Positions 19,338 to 29,177 are shown, counted from the stretch's first letter. The stretch: 64,000 bases of DNA from an uncultured Candidatus Saccharibacteria bacterium (GCA_964482335.1 CAYZXA010000001.1:24983-88982); one strand, 5' to 3'. Notes: generated by a model not told the origin, from the sequence alone. Numbers and translations are program-made.

Positions 19338-19748
19338 ATGCTTTATCCTAAGAAAGTAAAACATCGAAAATGGCACAAGGGCCGACGTCGAGGCAAGGGC
19401 GTTGAAATTAGAGGTTCAGAACTCAGCTTCGGCAGTTTTGGCTTAAAGGCTTTGGAGGCAAAGTGGCTTACTACTCGTCAGCTTGAAGCTTCAAGAAGAG
19501 CCATTATCAGATATTTGAAAAAGGGCGGCAAGCTCTGGATCCGTATTTTTCCTGACAAGCCTGTTACCCGAAAAGGAACAGAAGTGCCCATGGGCGGTGG
19601 CAAAGGCGCAGTTGACCACTATGCTTTTTCTATTAAGCCCGGCAGAATACTTTTTGAGTTAGAAGGGATAAAAGAAGAGATGGCTAAAGAGGCTTTCTCA
19701 AGAGCTAGCGATAAATTGCCAATTAAGACTAAGTTTATTAAAAAATAA
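19338..19748 (+). CDS. rplP: 50S ribosomal protein L16
   Basis: [16 protein letters not shown]...MGGGKG. Confidence 0.96.
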   Translation: MLYPKKVKHRKWHKGRRRGKGVEIRGSELSFGSFGLKALEAKWLTTRQLEASRRAIIRYLKKGGKLWIRIFPDKPVTRKGTEVPMGGGKGAVDHYAFSIKPGRILFELEGIKEEMAKEAFSRASDKLPIKTKFIKK

Positions 19749-19749
19749 C

Positions 19750-19932
19750 ATGAAGATTACTGAGCTGAGAACCAAAAATAAAAAAGAATTAACAAAAATG
19801 CTGATAGACAGCAAAGAGCGGTTGAGAACCTTAAAGTTTGACTTGGCTTCTGGTAAGGTTAAAAATGTCAGGGTAATCAGGGAATTAAAAAAAGATATTG
19901 CCCGCATTCTAACAATGTTAAAAGAAAAATAA
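19750..19932 (+). CDS. rpmC: 50S ribosomal protein L29
   Basis: 60 aa with an LRTKNKKEL...LKFDLASGK pattern; position in the S10 operon fits. Confidence 0.9.
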   Translation: MKITELRTKNKKELTKMLIDSKERLRTLKFDLASGKVKNVRVIRELKKDIARILTMLKEK

Positions 19933-19933
19933 T

Positions 19934-20167
19934 ATGCCAAAAAGACAATTACAAGGTATTATCACCTCAAACAAGATGGCAAACACCGTCGTAGTTAAGG
20001 TTGAGAGGGTTAAGGAACATCCTAAATACAAGAGAAGGTACAAAATTCATAAGAAATATAAAGCCCATTTTGATAAAGAGGAGTATACTCTTGGTGACAA
20101 GGTGATTATTGAAGAATGCCGGCCAGTTAGTAAAGATAAAAAATGGAAAGTGATTAAAAAAATATGA
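19934..20167 (+). CDS. rpsQ: 30S ribosomal protein S17
   Basis: GIITSNKMANTVVVKVER...HPKYKR. Confidence 0.93.
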   Translation: MPKRQLQGIITSNKMANTVVVKVERVKEHPKYKRRYKIHKKYKAHFDKEEYTLGDKVIIEECRPVSKDKKWKVIKKI

Positions 20168-20535
20168 TTCAACCCCAGACCATGTTAAAAGTTGCTGATA
20201 ACAGCGGAGCTAAAACACTCCAGTGTTTTCAGATTTTGGGCGGCACGCGTCACCGCTATGCTCAGCTCGGCGATGTTATCGTTGGCACAGTTAAGAAAGC
20301 TGAGCCGAGGAAGATTGTCAAAAAACATGAAGTAGTCAGAGCCGTTATTATCAGGCAAAAAAAAGCTTACAAAAGATCAACGGGAGTTTACGTTCGGTTT
20401 GACGATAATGCCTGCGTTATTTTAGACGCTAAAACAAAAGAGCCGAAAGGCGGCAGGATCTTTGGCCCCGTAGCTAAAGAATTAAAAGAAAAAGGTTTTG
20501 ACAAAATAGCCGGTTTAGCTCAAGAATTAATATGA
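20164..20535 (+). CDS. rplN: 50S ribosomal protein L14
   Basis: MIQPQTMLKVADNSGAK. Confidence 0.97.
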   Translation: MIQPQTMLKVADNSGAKTLQCFQILGGTRHRYAQLGDVIVGTVKKAEPRKIVKKHEVVRAVIIRQKKAYKRSTGVYVRFDDNACVILDAKTKEPKGGRIFGPVAKELKEKGFDKIAGLAQELI

Positions 20536-20837
20536 AGATTAAAAAGAACGACCAGGTATTAATAATTTCTGGCAAAGACCGTGGCAAACACGGCAAGGTT
20601 TTAGATGTTTTTCCTGGAAAGAGCAAGGTGGTAGTTGAAGGTGCTAATATTAGGAAAAAGCATGTTAAGCCGAAGAAATCAGGGGAAAAGGGCCAGATTG
20701 TTGAAATGCCAGCTAGTTTTAGTATTTCCAATGTTAAGTTGATTTGCTCCAAGTGCGGCAAGCCGACCAGAGTGGGGCATAAATTAATTGAAGGTAAAAA
20801 ATACCGTATTTGTAAGAAATGCGGCCAAGAAATATGA
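20532..20837 (+). CDS. rplX: 50S ribosomal protein L24 with a C-terminal zinc-ribbon
   Basis: KOW motif (KKNDQVLIISGKDRGKHGKV) plus CSKCG...CKKCG at the C-terminus. Confidence 0.93.
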   Translation: MKIKKNDQVLIISGKDRGKHGKVLDVFPGKSKVVVEGANIRKKHVKPKKSGEKGQIVEMPASFSISNVKLICSKCGKPTRVGHKLIEGKKYRICKKCGQEI

Positions 20838-21388
20838 TGCGCTTAAAAGATAAATATATAAAAGAAGTTGTGCCACAGATGATGGAGAAGTTCGGCTACA
20901 AAAATACCATGGCTGTGCCCAAGATTATTAAGGTTGTTTTAAATAATGGTTTTGGCTCGCACGTTATTGGCAAGACGGCAGTTGAACAGAAAAAGATTCA
21001 GGAAGCCATTGTTAATGATTTGTCTTTGATTGCCGGGCAGAGAGCTATTTTGACCAGGGCCAAGAAAGCCATTGCTTCCTTTAAAACAAGGAAAGGTATG
21101 CCTCTTGGTGCTTCCGTCACTTTAAGGGGCCAGAAGATGTATGATTTTTTAGAGAGACTTATTAATGTGGCTTTGCCTCGTTCTCGTGATTTCCGAGGCA
21201 TTGAGCAGAAGTCAGTTGACAAAAATGGTAATTTAACCTTAGCTATCAGAGAACACATTGCTTTTCCCGAAATTTCGCCAGAGAAGACGAAACAAATCTT
21301 TAGCTTTGAGATTTCTGTCGTAACAACAGCTAAAAATCATGAAAGGGCATTGGCCTTCCTGAAATTATTAGGTTTTCCTATTAAATAA
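20834..21388 (+). CDS. rplE: 50S ribosomal protein L5
   Basis: [28 protein letters not shown] overlap with rplX. Confidence 0.95.
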   Translation: MMRLKDKYIKEVVPQMMEKFGYKNTMAVPKIIKVVLNNGFGSHVIGKTAVEQKKIQEAIVNDLSLIAGQRAILTRAKKAIASFKTRKGMPLGASVTLRGQKMYDFLERLINVALPRSRDFRGIEQKSVDKNGNLTLAIREHIAFPEISPEKTKQIFSFEISVVTTAKNHERALAFLKLLGFPIK

Positions 21389-21389
21389 T

Positions 21390-21575
21390 ATGGCAACTAA
21401 AGCTCAAATTGCAAAATCAAAGAAAAAACCAAAGTTTTCGTCTCGAATTGTCAGGCGCTGTTTTCGTTGCGGCAGAAAAAGAGGCTATATGAGGAAGTTC
21501 GGACTTTGTCGCATTTGTTTCCGGGAAATGGCTAATAAAGGTTTAATACCAGGTGTTAAAAAATCAAGTTGGTAA
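21390..21575 (+). CDS. rpsN: 30S ribosomal protein S14 type Z (zinc form)
   Basis: 61 aa with [20 protein letters not shown]. Confidence 0.95.
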   Translation: MATKAQIAKSKKKPKFSSRIVRRCFRCGRKRGYMRKFGLCRICFREMANKGLIPGVKKSSW

Positions 21576-21579
21576 TTAT

Positions 21580-21966
21580 ATGGATCCCATAACTGACATG
21601 TTAAATAGAATAAGGAATGCTCAGGCTGTTTTGCATGCTCAAGTAGAGGTTCCTTTTTCCAATTTAAAGTTTGAGATTGCTAAGGTTTTAGAGAAAAAGG
21701 GTTTTATTGAAAAAGTTGTTAAATCTGGTAGAAAAGAAAAGAAGTCTCTTGAGATTACTTTGAAGTATGAAAACAAGGTGCCGGTCATCTCCGGGTTAAG
21801 AAGAGTTTCCAAGCAGGGTCAGAGAATCTATTTGTCAGCCAAGAAAGTTAGAAAAGTCAAAGGAGGTTATGGCATTGCCATAATTTCTACTTCTAAAGGG
21901 TTGATGACTGGCAAAGAAACTAGACGCCAAAAATTAGGAGGAGAAATCCTTTGTGAAGTTTGGTAA
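21580..21966 (+). CDS. rpsH: 30S ribosomal protein S8
   Basis: MDPITDMLNRIRNA. Confidence 0.95.
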   Translation: MDPITDMLNRIRNAQAVLHAQVEVPFSNLKFEIAKVLEKKGFIEKVVKSGRKEKKSLEITLKYENKVPVISGLRRVSKQGQRIYLSAKKVRKVKGGYGIAIISTSKGLMTGKETRRQKLGGEILCEVW

Positions 21967-21971
21967 ATACT

Positions 21972-22514
21972 ATGTCTCGTATAGGTAGAAAACCAATTGA
22001 AATACCTCAGGGAGTGGAAGTAAAAATTGATGACAGGAAGGTTTTAATTAAAGGTCCAAAGGGCGAACTCTTTTTTGAAGTTAGGCCAGAAATTAAGGCT
22101 GAAGTAAAGGAAGGCAAGGTTTTGTTAACTCCCCAGATTGAAACCAAAAACACCAAAGCTTTTTGGGGATTAACTAGAGCTTTGCTGCAAAATATGGTCA
22201 AGGGAGTGACCGAAGGCTACGAAAAGAAGCTGGAGATGGAAGGTGTTGGCTACAAGGCTAATCTAGAAGGCCAGGATTTAGTTTTAAACATTGGCTTTTC
22301 TCATCCAGTTAAGATAAAAGCTTCTGAAGGCATTAAGTTTGCTGTTGAAAAGAATATGATTACTGTCTCTGGCATTGACAAAGGACTGGTTGGCCAAACA
22401 GCTGCTAAAATCAGAAAGGTCAGACCGCCCGAGCCTTACAAAGGAAAAGGCATTAGATACGTTGGTGAGCAAATTAGAAGAAAAGTCGGTAAAAGAGCAG
22501 TCACCACTACTTAA
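21972..22514 (+). CDS. rplF: 50S ribosomal protein L6
   Basis: [17 protein letters not shown]. Confidence 0.95.
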   Translation: MSRIGRKPIEIPQGVEVKIDDRKVLIKGPKGELFFEVRPEIKAEVKEGKVLLTPQIETKNTKAFWGLTRALLQNMVKGVTEGYEKKLEMEGVGYKANLEGQDLVLNIGFSHPVKIKASEGIKFAVEKNMITVSGIDKGLVGQTAAKIRKVRPPEPYKGKGIRYVGEQIRRKVGKRAVTTT

Positions 22515-22515
22515 T

Positions 22516-22842
22516 ATGTTAAAGAAGCAAGAAAAGAGATTAAGACGTCATAAAAGAGTGAGAGCTAAAATAGCAGGTAGTGCTGAAGTGCCGCGACTTT
22601 GCGTTTTCAGATCCCATCAGTATATTTATGCTCAACTGATTGACGATGAAAAAGGAAAAACCCTTATTGCTGTTCAGGGAGAGGCAAATGTTGATAAGGC
22701 AAAAAAAGTGGGGAAACTCATCGCCAAAAAAGCATTAGAGAAAAAGATCGAGAAAGTTGTTTTTGACCGAGGCGGCTATAAATACCACGGCAAAGTAAAA
22801 GCTTTGGCCGAGGGCGCCAGAGAAGGCGGTTTAAAGTTTTAA
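22516..22842 (+). CDS. rplR: 50S ribosomal protein L18
   Basis: [10 protein letters not shown]...[19 protein letters not shown]. The track ORF start at 22375 lies inside rplF. Confidence 0.93.
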   Translation: MLKKQEKRLRRHKRVRAKIAGSAEVPRLCVFRSHQYIYAQLIDDEKGKTLIAVQGEANVDKAKKVGKLIAKKALEKKIEKVVFDRGGYKYHGKVKALAEGAREGGLKF

Positions 22843-22875
22843 GAACCTCTCTTTCAGCGAGAATCTTGATTTTTT
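22840..22875 (+). repeat. post-stop-codon hairpin motif, copy A (TAAGAACCT...AGAATCTTGATTTTTT)
   Basis: Begins with the rplR stop codon and shares its framework with the copies at 43264 and 54993. Confidence 0.5.
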
Positions 22876-22888
22876 CAAAATTAAATTT

Positions 22889-23380
22889 ATGCAAAGAGAT
22901 AGATTTAGAAAATTTGGAAAGGATAAACCAAAGGATGAATTTGAATCCAAGCTTTTGGATTTAGCTCGCGTTTCTCATACCCGGGCTGGCGGCAGGAAGA
23001 TGAGATTTAGAGCAGTCATTGTCACCGGTGACAAGAAAGGTAAAGTAGGTTTGGGCATAGCTAAAGGCTCTGATGTCCGGTTAGCCATTGAAAAAGCAAC
23101 CCGCCTTTCTAAGAAATATTTAATAGAGGTGCCTATTGTTGAAGATAGTATTCCCCATGAGGTAGAAGCTAAAGTCGGGGCAGCTCGTGTTCTATTAAGG
23201 CCTCAGAGGAAAGGCAGGGGATTGGTGGCTGGAGGCACTGTCAGAGTAGTTTGTAATTTAGCTGGTATTAAAAATATTTCTTCTAAGATATTGGGTAGGA
23301 CCGGCAATAAGATTGGTAATGCCAGAGCAACTATGGAAGCATTAAAAAAATTAAAAGCTCATGCAACTCCACGAACTTAA
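22889..23380 (+). CDS. rpsE: 30S ribosomal protein S5
   Basis: VSHTRAGGRKMRFRAVIVTGD...GIAKG. Confidence 0.95.
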   Translation: MQRDRFRKFGKDKPKDEFESKLLDLARVSHTRAGGRKMRFRAVIVTGDKKGKVGLGIAKGSDVRLAIEKATRLSKKYLIEVPIVEDSIPHEVEAKVGAARVLLRPQRKGRGLVAGGTVRVVCNLAGIKNISSKILGRTGNKIGNARATMEALKKLKAHATPRT

Positions 23381-23789
23381 ACCAACTCATAAGAAAAAAA
23401 CAAGAAAAAGAGTAGGCAGAGGCGGCAAAAGAGGTACTTATTCTGGCAAAGGAATGAAGGGCCAGAAATCAAGGGCTGGCAAAAGGATGAAGCCGGTGAT
23501 TCGCAGTTTGATTAAAAGGTATCCTAAGTTGAGAGGCTACAAGTTTAATCCTCAAACAACAAAACCTGTTGTTATTAATTTTGAGGTGCTTGAAAAGAAA
23601 TTCAAGTCAGGCGACAAGGTAAGCCCTAAAATCTTGTTAGAAAAGGGATTAATTCGTAAAATAAAAGGGAGGATGCCTCTTGTTAAGATTTTAGGCAAGG
23701 GAAAGATTGCCAAAGCTCTAACCATTGAGGGATGTTCAGTTTCTAAATCAGTTAAAGAGAAACTTAAAACTAATGCAGTGGCTAAATAA
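23361..23789 (+). CDS. rplO: 50S ribosomal protein L15
   Basis: MQLHELKPTHKKKTRKRVGRGG. Overlaps rpsE, so there is no room for L30. Confidence 0.93.
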   Translation: MQLHELKPTHKKKTRKRVGRGGKRGTYSGKGMKGQKSRAGKRMKPVIRSLIKRYPKLRGYKFNPQTTKPVVINFEVLEKKFKSGDKVSPKILLEKGLIRKIKGRMPLVKILGKGKIAKALTIEGCSVSKSVKEKLKTNAVAK

Positions 23790-25053
23790 AGTCATCCAAG
23801 TATTTAAGATTCGCGATCTTCGCAAAAAGATTCTTTTTGTTTTGGCTGTTTTTGTTGTTTTTAGGCTGATGGCCAATATTCCTATGCCCGGCATTGATAT
23901 TGAAAACCTCAAATCTTTCTTTGAGCAGTTTCAAATCTTTGGGCTTTTGAACCTCTTTACCGGTGGTACTTTGTCTAATCTATCAATTATTATGCTAGGT
24001 TTAGGTCCTTATATCACGGCCACCATTATTATGCAGTTATTGACCATGATTTTTCCTCCTTTGGAGCGCATGTATAAAGAAGAAGGCGAGGCTGGCCGTC
24101 AGAAGTTTAATCAGTACGGCAGACTTTTAACCGTGCCCTTAGCCATGATGCAGGGCTATGCTATGCTGACTTTGCTGCAAAAACAAGGAGCTATTGGCGC
24201 CCTTACCCTAACCACTATTCTTACCTCAGTCGTGACCGTGGCAGCTGGCTGTTTATTTTTAATGTGGTTGGGAGAGCTGATTACTGAAAGAGGTATTGGC
24301 AATGGTGTCAGCTTGTTGATTTTTGCTGGAATTATTGCTAGGGTCCCTCAAAGTATCAGAGAAACCCTGGTTAAGTGGGAGCCTTCTCAACTACCAGCTT
24401 ATTTGCTCTTCCTCGGCATGGCTTTGTTAATTATTTCTGGAGTTGTTATGATAAACGAAGGAAGAAGGAACATACCTGTTTCTTATGCTAAAAGAGTCAG
24501 GGGTATGAGAATGTATGGGGGTGTCTCTACCTATTTGCCTTTGAACGTTAACCCAGCAGGCGTTATACCGATTATCTTTGCTTTATCAATCATGCTTTTT
24601 CCTGGTATGGTTGCTAACTTCCTGTCAGGTGCTCCTGGCATGGTTGGTTCTGTTGCTCAGTATGTTGGTGACCTTTTTGAAAATGCCTGGGTTTACGGCA
24701 TCTTATACTTTCTTTTGGTCTGCCTTTTTACTTACTTTTATACGGCTGTTACCTTTGACCCCAAATCAATTTCTTCTAATCTGCAGAAAATGGGTGGCTT
24801 TGTGCCAGGTATCAGGCCAGGCGAATCAACAGCCAACTTCCTTCACTATATTCTAAATAGGGTTCTGCTGATTGGAGCTTTGTTTTTAGGCACGATAGCT
24901 GTTCTGCCTTCAATTATTGGCGGTGCTACTGGCATTACTGTCTTTTCTTTCTTGATTGGTGGTACGGCTTTGCTTATTACTGTTTCAGTTGTCTTGGAGA
25001 CAATGCGCCAAATCAATGCTCAATTACAAATGAGAGAATATGAAACGTTCTAA
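23773..25053 (+). CDS. secY: preprotein translocase subunit SecY
   Basis: Ten-TM SecY pattern (LGLGPYITATIIMQLL, GNGVSLLIF). Start chosen at MQWLNKV. Confidence 0.95.
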   Translation: MQWLNKVIQVFKIRDLRKKILFVLAVFVVFRLMANIPMPGIDIENLKSFFEQFQIFGLLNLFTGGTLSNLSIIMLGLGPYITATIIMQLLTMIFPPLERMYKEEGEAGRQKFNQYGRLLTVPLAMMQGYAMLTLLQKQGAIGALTLTTILTSVVTVAAGCLFLMWLGELITERGIGNGVSLLIFAGIIARVPQSIRETLVKWEPSQLPAYLLFLGMALLIISGVVMINEGRRNIPVSYAKRVRGMRMYGGVSTYLPLNVNPAGVIPIIFALSIMLFPGMVANFLSGAPGMVGSVAQYVGDLFENAWVYGILYFLLVCLFTYFYTAVTFDPKSISSNLQKMGGFVPGIRPGESTANFLHYILNRVLLIGALFLGTIAVLPSIIGGATGITVFSFLIGGTALLITVSVVLETMRQINAQLQMREYETF

Positions 25054-25735
25054 GCTATTCATTATTGTTTTAGGACCACCAGGTTCTGGCAAAGGAACCC
25101 AGGCCGAGCTTTTGGCTGAGAAATTTGATTTCTACCACTTAGAAACAAGTGAAATTATTGAGAGAAATTTGGCCAATGCTAAAAAAGACGATTTTGTTCT
25201 GGTCAACAACAAGAAATATTTTTTATTAGACGAGAAAAAAATGAGGGAATCAGGCGAGTTAATGAGCCCTCCTTTGATTGCTTTTTGGGTTAAGGATAAA
25301 ATTAAGGAATTGGCTCAAGAAGGAAAAGGGATTACAACTTCCGGTTCTCCCAGGACGCTCTACGAAGGCAAAGAAGTAGTCCCTGTTTTAAAAAAATTAT
25401 ACGGCATAAAGAATATCAAAGTAATTTTACTTAATTTAAGTGCCAAAGAATCTATTTGGAGAAATTCTCACCGCAGAAGCTGTCGGTTAATGCGGCATCC
25501 TATTTTATACACTAAAGAAACTGCTAAACTGACTAAGTGTCCTATTGATGGTTCAGAATTAATCATCCGCAAGGATGACAATTCAGAGGTTATTAAGATC
25601 AGGTTAAAAGAATATAAAGAAAGAACATTTCCTTTGGTAAAATATTTTAAAGGGGAGGATTTGCAGGTTAAAAAAATAAATGGCAAGCAGTCAGTTGAAA
25701 AAGTATTTAAAGATATTTTAAAAGCTGTCAAATGA
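25040..25735 (+). CDS. adk: adenylate kinase
   Basis: GPPGSGKGTQAELLAEKF P-loop; spc-operon position. Confidence 0.9.
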   Translation: MKRSKLFIIVLGPPGSGKGTQAELLAEKFDFYHLETSEIIERNLANAKKDDFVLVNNKKYFLLDEKKMRESGELMSPPLIAFWVKDKIKELAQEGKGITTSGSPRTLYEGKEVVPVLKKLYGIKNIKVILLNLSAKESIWRNSHRRSCRLMRHPILYTKETAKLTKCPIDGSELIIRKDDNSEVIKIRLKEYKERTFPLVKYFKGEDLQVKKINGKQSVEKVFKDILKAVK

Positions 25736-26478
25736 TTACTATTAAAACTGCTCAAGAAATCAAGATAATGGCTGAAGGTGGCAAGATTCTGGCTCGTATC
25801 ATGAAAGAGCTGGAAAAGAAAGTTAAACCAGGAGTTAGTACCAAAGAATTAGACAGGGCTGCAGAAGCCCTGATTTTAGAATCTGGCAGCAAATGTTCTT
25901 TTAAAGGATATGAGGGTTATCCTGCTTGTTTGTGTGCTTCTATTAATCAAGAGATTGTTCACGCTATACCTTCTGATAGAATTTTAAAAGAAGGTGATAT
26001 TCTTTCACTTGATTTAGGTATTTTGTATAAAGGGTTCCATGCTGATATGGCCGTGACGTTGCCGGTTGGCAAAGTTCCTCCTGAAACCCAAAGGTTAATC
26101 AGAGTTACTAAAAAAGCCTTAAAAAGAGGTATTAAAAAGATTAAACCCGGCAATACTTTGGGTGATATTGGCAATACAATTCAAAGACATGTTGAATCCC
26201 AGGGGTTTAATGTAGTCAGAGAGCTTTGTGGCCATGGCATTGGCAGAAAACTTCATGAAGAACCCCAGATTTTAAATTATGGAAAAAGAAAAGCAGGTCT
26301 CGAGATAAAAGAAGGCATGACTTTATGCTTGGAGCCAATGGCTACAGCGGGGGATTACCATATTAGAGAATCAAAAGATGGCCATGGTTTTGAAACTGCT
26401 GATGGTTCTCTTTCAGCACACTTTGAACATATGATCATTGTTACTAAGAATGGAGCAAAGATTTTAACTGTGATATAA
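25732..26478 (+). CDS. map: type I methionine aminopeptidase
   Basis: Pita-bread fold motifs (DLGILYKGFHADMA, GHGIGRKLHEEP, EPM). Confidence 0.95.
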   Translation: MITIKTAQEIKIMAEGGKILARIMKELEKKVKPGVSTKELDRAAEALILESGSKCSFKGYEGYPACLCASINQEIVHAIPSDRILKEGDILSLDLGILYKGFHADMAVTLPVGKVPPETQRLIRVTKKALKRGIKKIKPGNTLGDIGNTIQRHVESQGFNVVRELCGHGIGRKLHEEPQILNYGKRKAGLEIKEGMTLCLEPMATAGDYHIRESKDGHGFETADGSLSAHFEHMIIVTKNGAKILTVI

Positions 26479-26492
26479 TATTTTAATATTAA

Positions 26493-26951
26493 ATGATTGC
26501 TGAGTTTAAAATTCTTTTGATAGCCATGTCGCCGATTTTGGAATTAAGGGGTTCTATTCCTATTGCTCTGGGTGTTTATCAAATGCCGTTTTGGTCTTCT
26601 TTTTTAATTTCAATCGTTGGTAACTTGATTCCTGTTCTTTTGCTTCTTTGGTTGCTGGAGGCTGTTTCTAAATATTTGAGTTCTCACTTTTACTTCTTTA
26701 ACCGTTTCTTTACTTGGTTGTTTGAAAGAGCAAGGAGAAAACATACAGATAAGTTTGAGCGCTGGAAAGAATATGCTTTGGTTGTTTTGGTAGCCATTCC
26801 TTTGCCTTTTACTGGTGCTTGGACAGGTTCTTTGTGTGCCTTTGTCTTTGGCATTCCTTTTAAAAAAGCTTTTCCTTTAATTAGTATTGGTGTAGTTATT
26901 GCTGCTGTTATAGTTACCTTAACTACTTTAAGTATTTTCATAGTTACATGA
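26493..26951 (+). CDS. small membrane protein, COG2426 / putative small multidrug-export family
   Basis: ILELRGSIPIALGVY motif and four TM segments. Confidence 0.55.
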   Translation: MIAEFKILLIAMSPILELRGSIPIALGVYQMPFWSSFLISIVGNLIPVLLLLWLLEAVSKYLSSHFYFFNRFFTWLFERARRKHTDKFERWKEYALVVLVAIPLPFTGAWTGSLCAFVFGIPFKKAFPLISIGVVIAAVIVTLTTLSIFIVT

Positions 26952-27568
26952 AGCCCTTAATCGTTGCCAATTGGAAAATGAATCCCTCAAGCTTAAAAGA
27001 AGCTAAACTTCTTTTTAATCGTGTGAAAAAAGCTGATGGAATAATTTGTCCACCGTTTGTTTATTTGTCCAGTCTGAAAGCTACTGGCGCTCAGGATGTT
27101 TTTTGGGAAAATAGAGGAGCTTTCACTGGTGAAGTTTCGGCTTTAATGTTGAAGAATTTAGGAGTGAAATACGTTATCGTCGGTCATTCGGAAAGAAGAA
27201 AGCATTTTAAAGAGACAGACGAGATGATTGCTAAAAAAATAAAGGCTGTTTTAAAAGTGAGTTTAAAGCCGATTTTATGCATTGATAAGCTTTCTCAAAT
27301 TCCCAAAAAGATTAAAGGAAAACTAATTGTAGCTTACGAGCCCCTCTTTGCTATTGGCACAGGAAAAGCTTGTAGTCCTTTGAGAGCAAAAAAGATGAGG
27401 CTCAGCATTAAAAAGATTGTTGGCGGCAAGGTGCCTATTTTATATGGCGGCAGTGTCAATTCCCAGAATGCCAAATCATACATTAAACAGGCTGGCTTTC
27501 AGGGCTTATTGGTTGGTGGAGCTTCTTTGAAACCTCAAGAATTCATTGACATTGTTAAAAATACTTGA
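26948..27568 (+). CDS. tpiA: triosephosphate isomerase (compact form)
   Basis: VANWKMN, VGHSERR, AYEPLFAIGTG and GGSV motifs. Confidence 0.85.
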   Translation: MKPLIVANWKMNPSSLKEAKLLFNRVKKADGIICPPFVYLSSLKATGAQDVFWENRGAFTGEVSALMLKNLGVKYVIVGHSERRKHFKETDEMIAKKIKAVLKVSLKPILCIDKLSQIPKKIKGKLIVAYEPLFAIGTGKACSPLRAKKMRLSIKKIVGGKVPILYGGSVNSQNAKSYIKQAGFQGLLVGGASLKPQEFIDIVKNT

Positions 27569-27607
27569 CTTATTTGCTTTTTTACAATAGAATATTAGGA
27601 GATAAAT

Positions 27608-28123
27608 ATGCAAGACATTCTTAATAACGGTCATTTTTATAATCCAACGCAGGGAAATTTGACATTCGACCAGATGGTTAAAGCATTGTTCCAATACATG
27701 GGAGAGAAGCCTGACAAGTCATACGAAATTATTGTTGGCTGCGATTCTTCTTCTGGAGAGGAGCCTAATTTCCCTTTGGCAGTTGTTGTTTTAAGAAAAG
27801 GCGAAGGAGGCAGGTTTTTTCTTAAGAGAATAAAATATCCTCCTGCTGAGAGAAAGTTTTTCAATTGGAAGTCAAGGATTTTGAATGAAGTTATGCTATC
27901 TTGTGAGCTTGCTTTATCCTTAAGGGAGAAAGTGGAAAAAAGAACCAAAAGAGCTGACTCCTTTGATTTCGAATTTCGTTACATCCATGCTGATGTTGGA
28001 GAAAACGGCCAGACAAAAGATATGATAAAAGAAGTGACTGGCCTTATTCGTGGTAATGGTTTTGAACCAAAGATTAAGCCAGAGTCATATGTTGCTTCAG
28101 TCGTCGCGGACCGCTACAGCTAA
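27608..28123 (+). CDS. YkuK/DUF458-like RNase H-fold protein
   Basis: YEIIVGCDSS...FPLAVVVLRKGEGGRFF resembles DUF458. Confidence 0.45.
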   Translation: MQDILNNGHFYNPTQGNLTFDQMVKALFQYMGEKPDKSYEIIVGCDSSSGEEPNFPLAVVVLRKGEGGRFFLKRIKYPPAERKFFNWKSRILNEVMLSCELALSLREKVEKRTKRADSFDFEFRYIHADVGENGQTKDMIKEVTGLIRGNGFEPKIKPESYVASVVADRYS

Positions 28124-28130
28124 AATAATT

Positions 28131-29087
28131 GTGGCTATGTCAGGCGGTGTTGATTCTTCTGTTGCTGCGGCCCTTTTGAAAAGGGCTGGTTTTAATGTGA
28201 GCGGAGTTTTTATAGAACTCTATGATTTGCCTTGCCTCAGAGAAGCAGAAAAAAGAGCAAAAAGAGTTGCTAAGGCTTTAAAAGTTCCCCTCCGAGTTTT
28301 AGACTTGAGGAAGGAATTTAAAAAGGAGGTTATTGATTATTTTCTAGCTGAATATCGGGCTGGCCGTACTCCTAATCCTTGCATAGTTTGTAATAAGAAA
28401 ATAAAGTTTAATTTTGGTGGATGGATGGCTACAGGTCATTATGTCAGAAGGGTTGGTTCTAAATTGCTGCAAGCCAGAGATAAAGAAAAAGATCAGTCAT
28501 ATTTTCTTTGGCAGCTTGCTCAGAAACAATTGAAGCATATTTTGTTTCCTAACGGACACTATACCAAGCCTGAGATAAGAAAATTAGCCAAGGAATTTAA
28601 GTTGCCAGTATTTGAAACTCCTGAATCTCAGGAAGTTTGCTTTGTCCAAAAAACCACAGAACAATTCTTATCTCGTTATATTAAAAGGAAGCCAGGTTAC
28701 ATAATTGATGTTAAAGGAAAAGTTTTAGGTCAGCACCAGGGTTTGCTTTTTTACACCATCGGACAGAGAAAGGGGATAGGATTGAGTGGCGGTCCTTTCT
28801 GGGTTTTGAAAAAAGATTTAAAGAAGAATCTTTTGATAGTGACTAAAAAAGAAAAAGATTTATTGAGGAAAGAATTAACTTTTAAAAATGTTAATTGGAT
28901 TTCTGGAAAAGCTCCAAAACTGCCTTTGAAAGTTAAGGCAAAAATTAGATACCGTTCAGCACTTAGCCCAGCCACTGTCTATAAAAACAAAGTTATCTTT
29001 AATCGACCCCAACGTGCTATAACCCCCGGCCAATCAGTGGTATTTTATAGAGGTGAAGAGCTTTTAGGTGGTGGGGTGATTAGATAA
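28131..29087 (+). CDS. mnmA: tRNA 2-thiouridine(34) synthase MnmA
   Basis: PP-loop AMSGGVDSS, TPNPCIVCN, ATGHY and DQSYFL. The start is GTG 28131 or ATG 28137. Confidence 0.88.
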   Translation: MAMSGGVDSSVAAALLKRAGFNVSGVFIELYDLPCLREAEKRAKRVAKALKVPLRVLDLRKEFKKEVIDYFLAEYRAGRTPNPCIVCNKKIKFNFGGWMATGHYVRRVGSKLLQARDKEKDQSYFLWQLAQKQLKHILFPNGHYTKPEIRKLAKEFKLPVFETPESQEVCFVQKTTEQFLSRYIKRKPGYIIDVKGKVLGQHQGLLFYTIGQRKGIGLSGGPFWVLKKDLKKNLLIVTKKEKDLLRKELTFKNVNWISGKAPKLPLKVKAKIRYRSALSPATVYKNKVIFNRPQRAITPGQSVVFYRGEELLGGGVIR

Positions 29088-29141
29088 TTATCTCTTAATA
29101 ACAAGACATGCTGAAAGAGGAGGCTTACCTAGTTTTCCACA

Positions 29142-29170
29142 TTGACAAGAGGTCGTGGTTTTCATAAGAT
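29142..29170 (+). promoter_or_regulatory. consensus-like promoter P1 in the mnmA-alaS spacer
   Basis: TTGACA, 17 nt, TAAGAT. Confidence 0.5.
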
Positions 29171-29177
29171 TGATTAA

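Noticed and set aside
24578-24856. 92-aa plus-strand ORF in an alternative frame of secY; likewise 42049-42231 in holB, 61135-61425 in thyA and 22375-22515 upstream of rplR
   Set aside because: These are out-of-frame overlaps with conserved genes. Their composition reflects frame-shifted hydrophobic codons.
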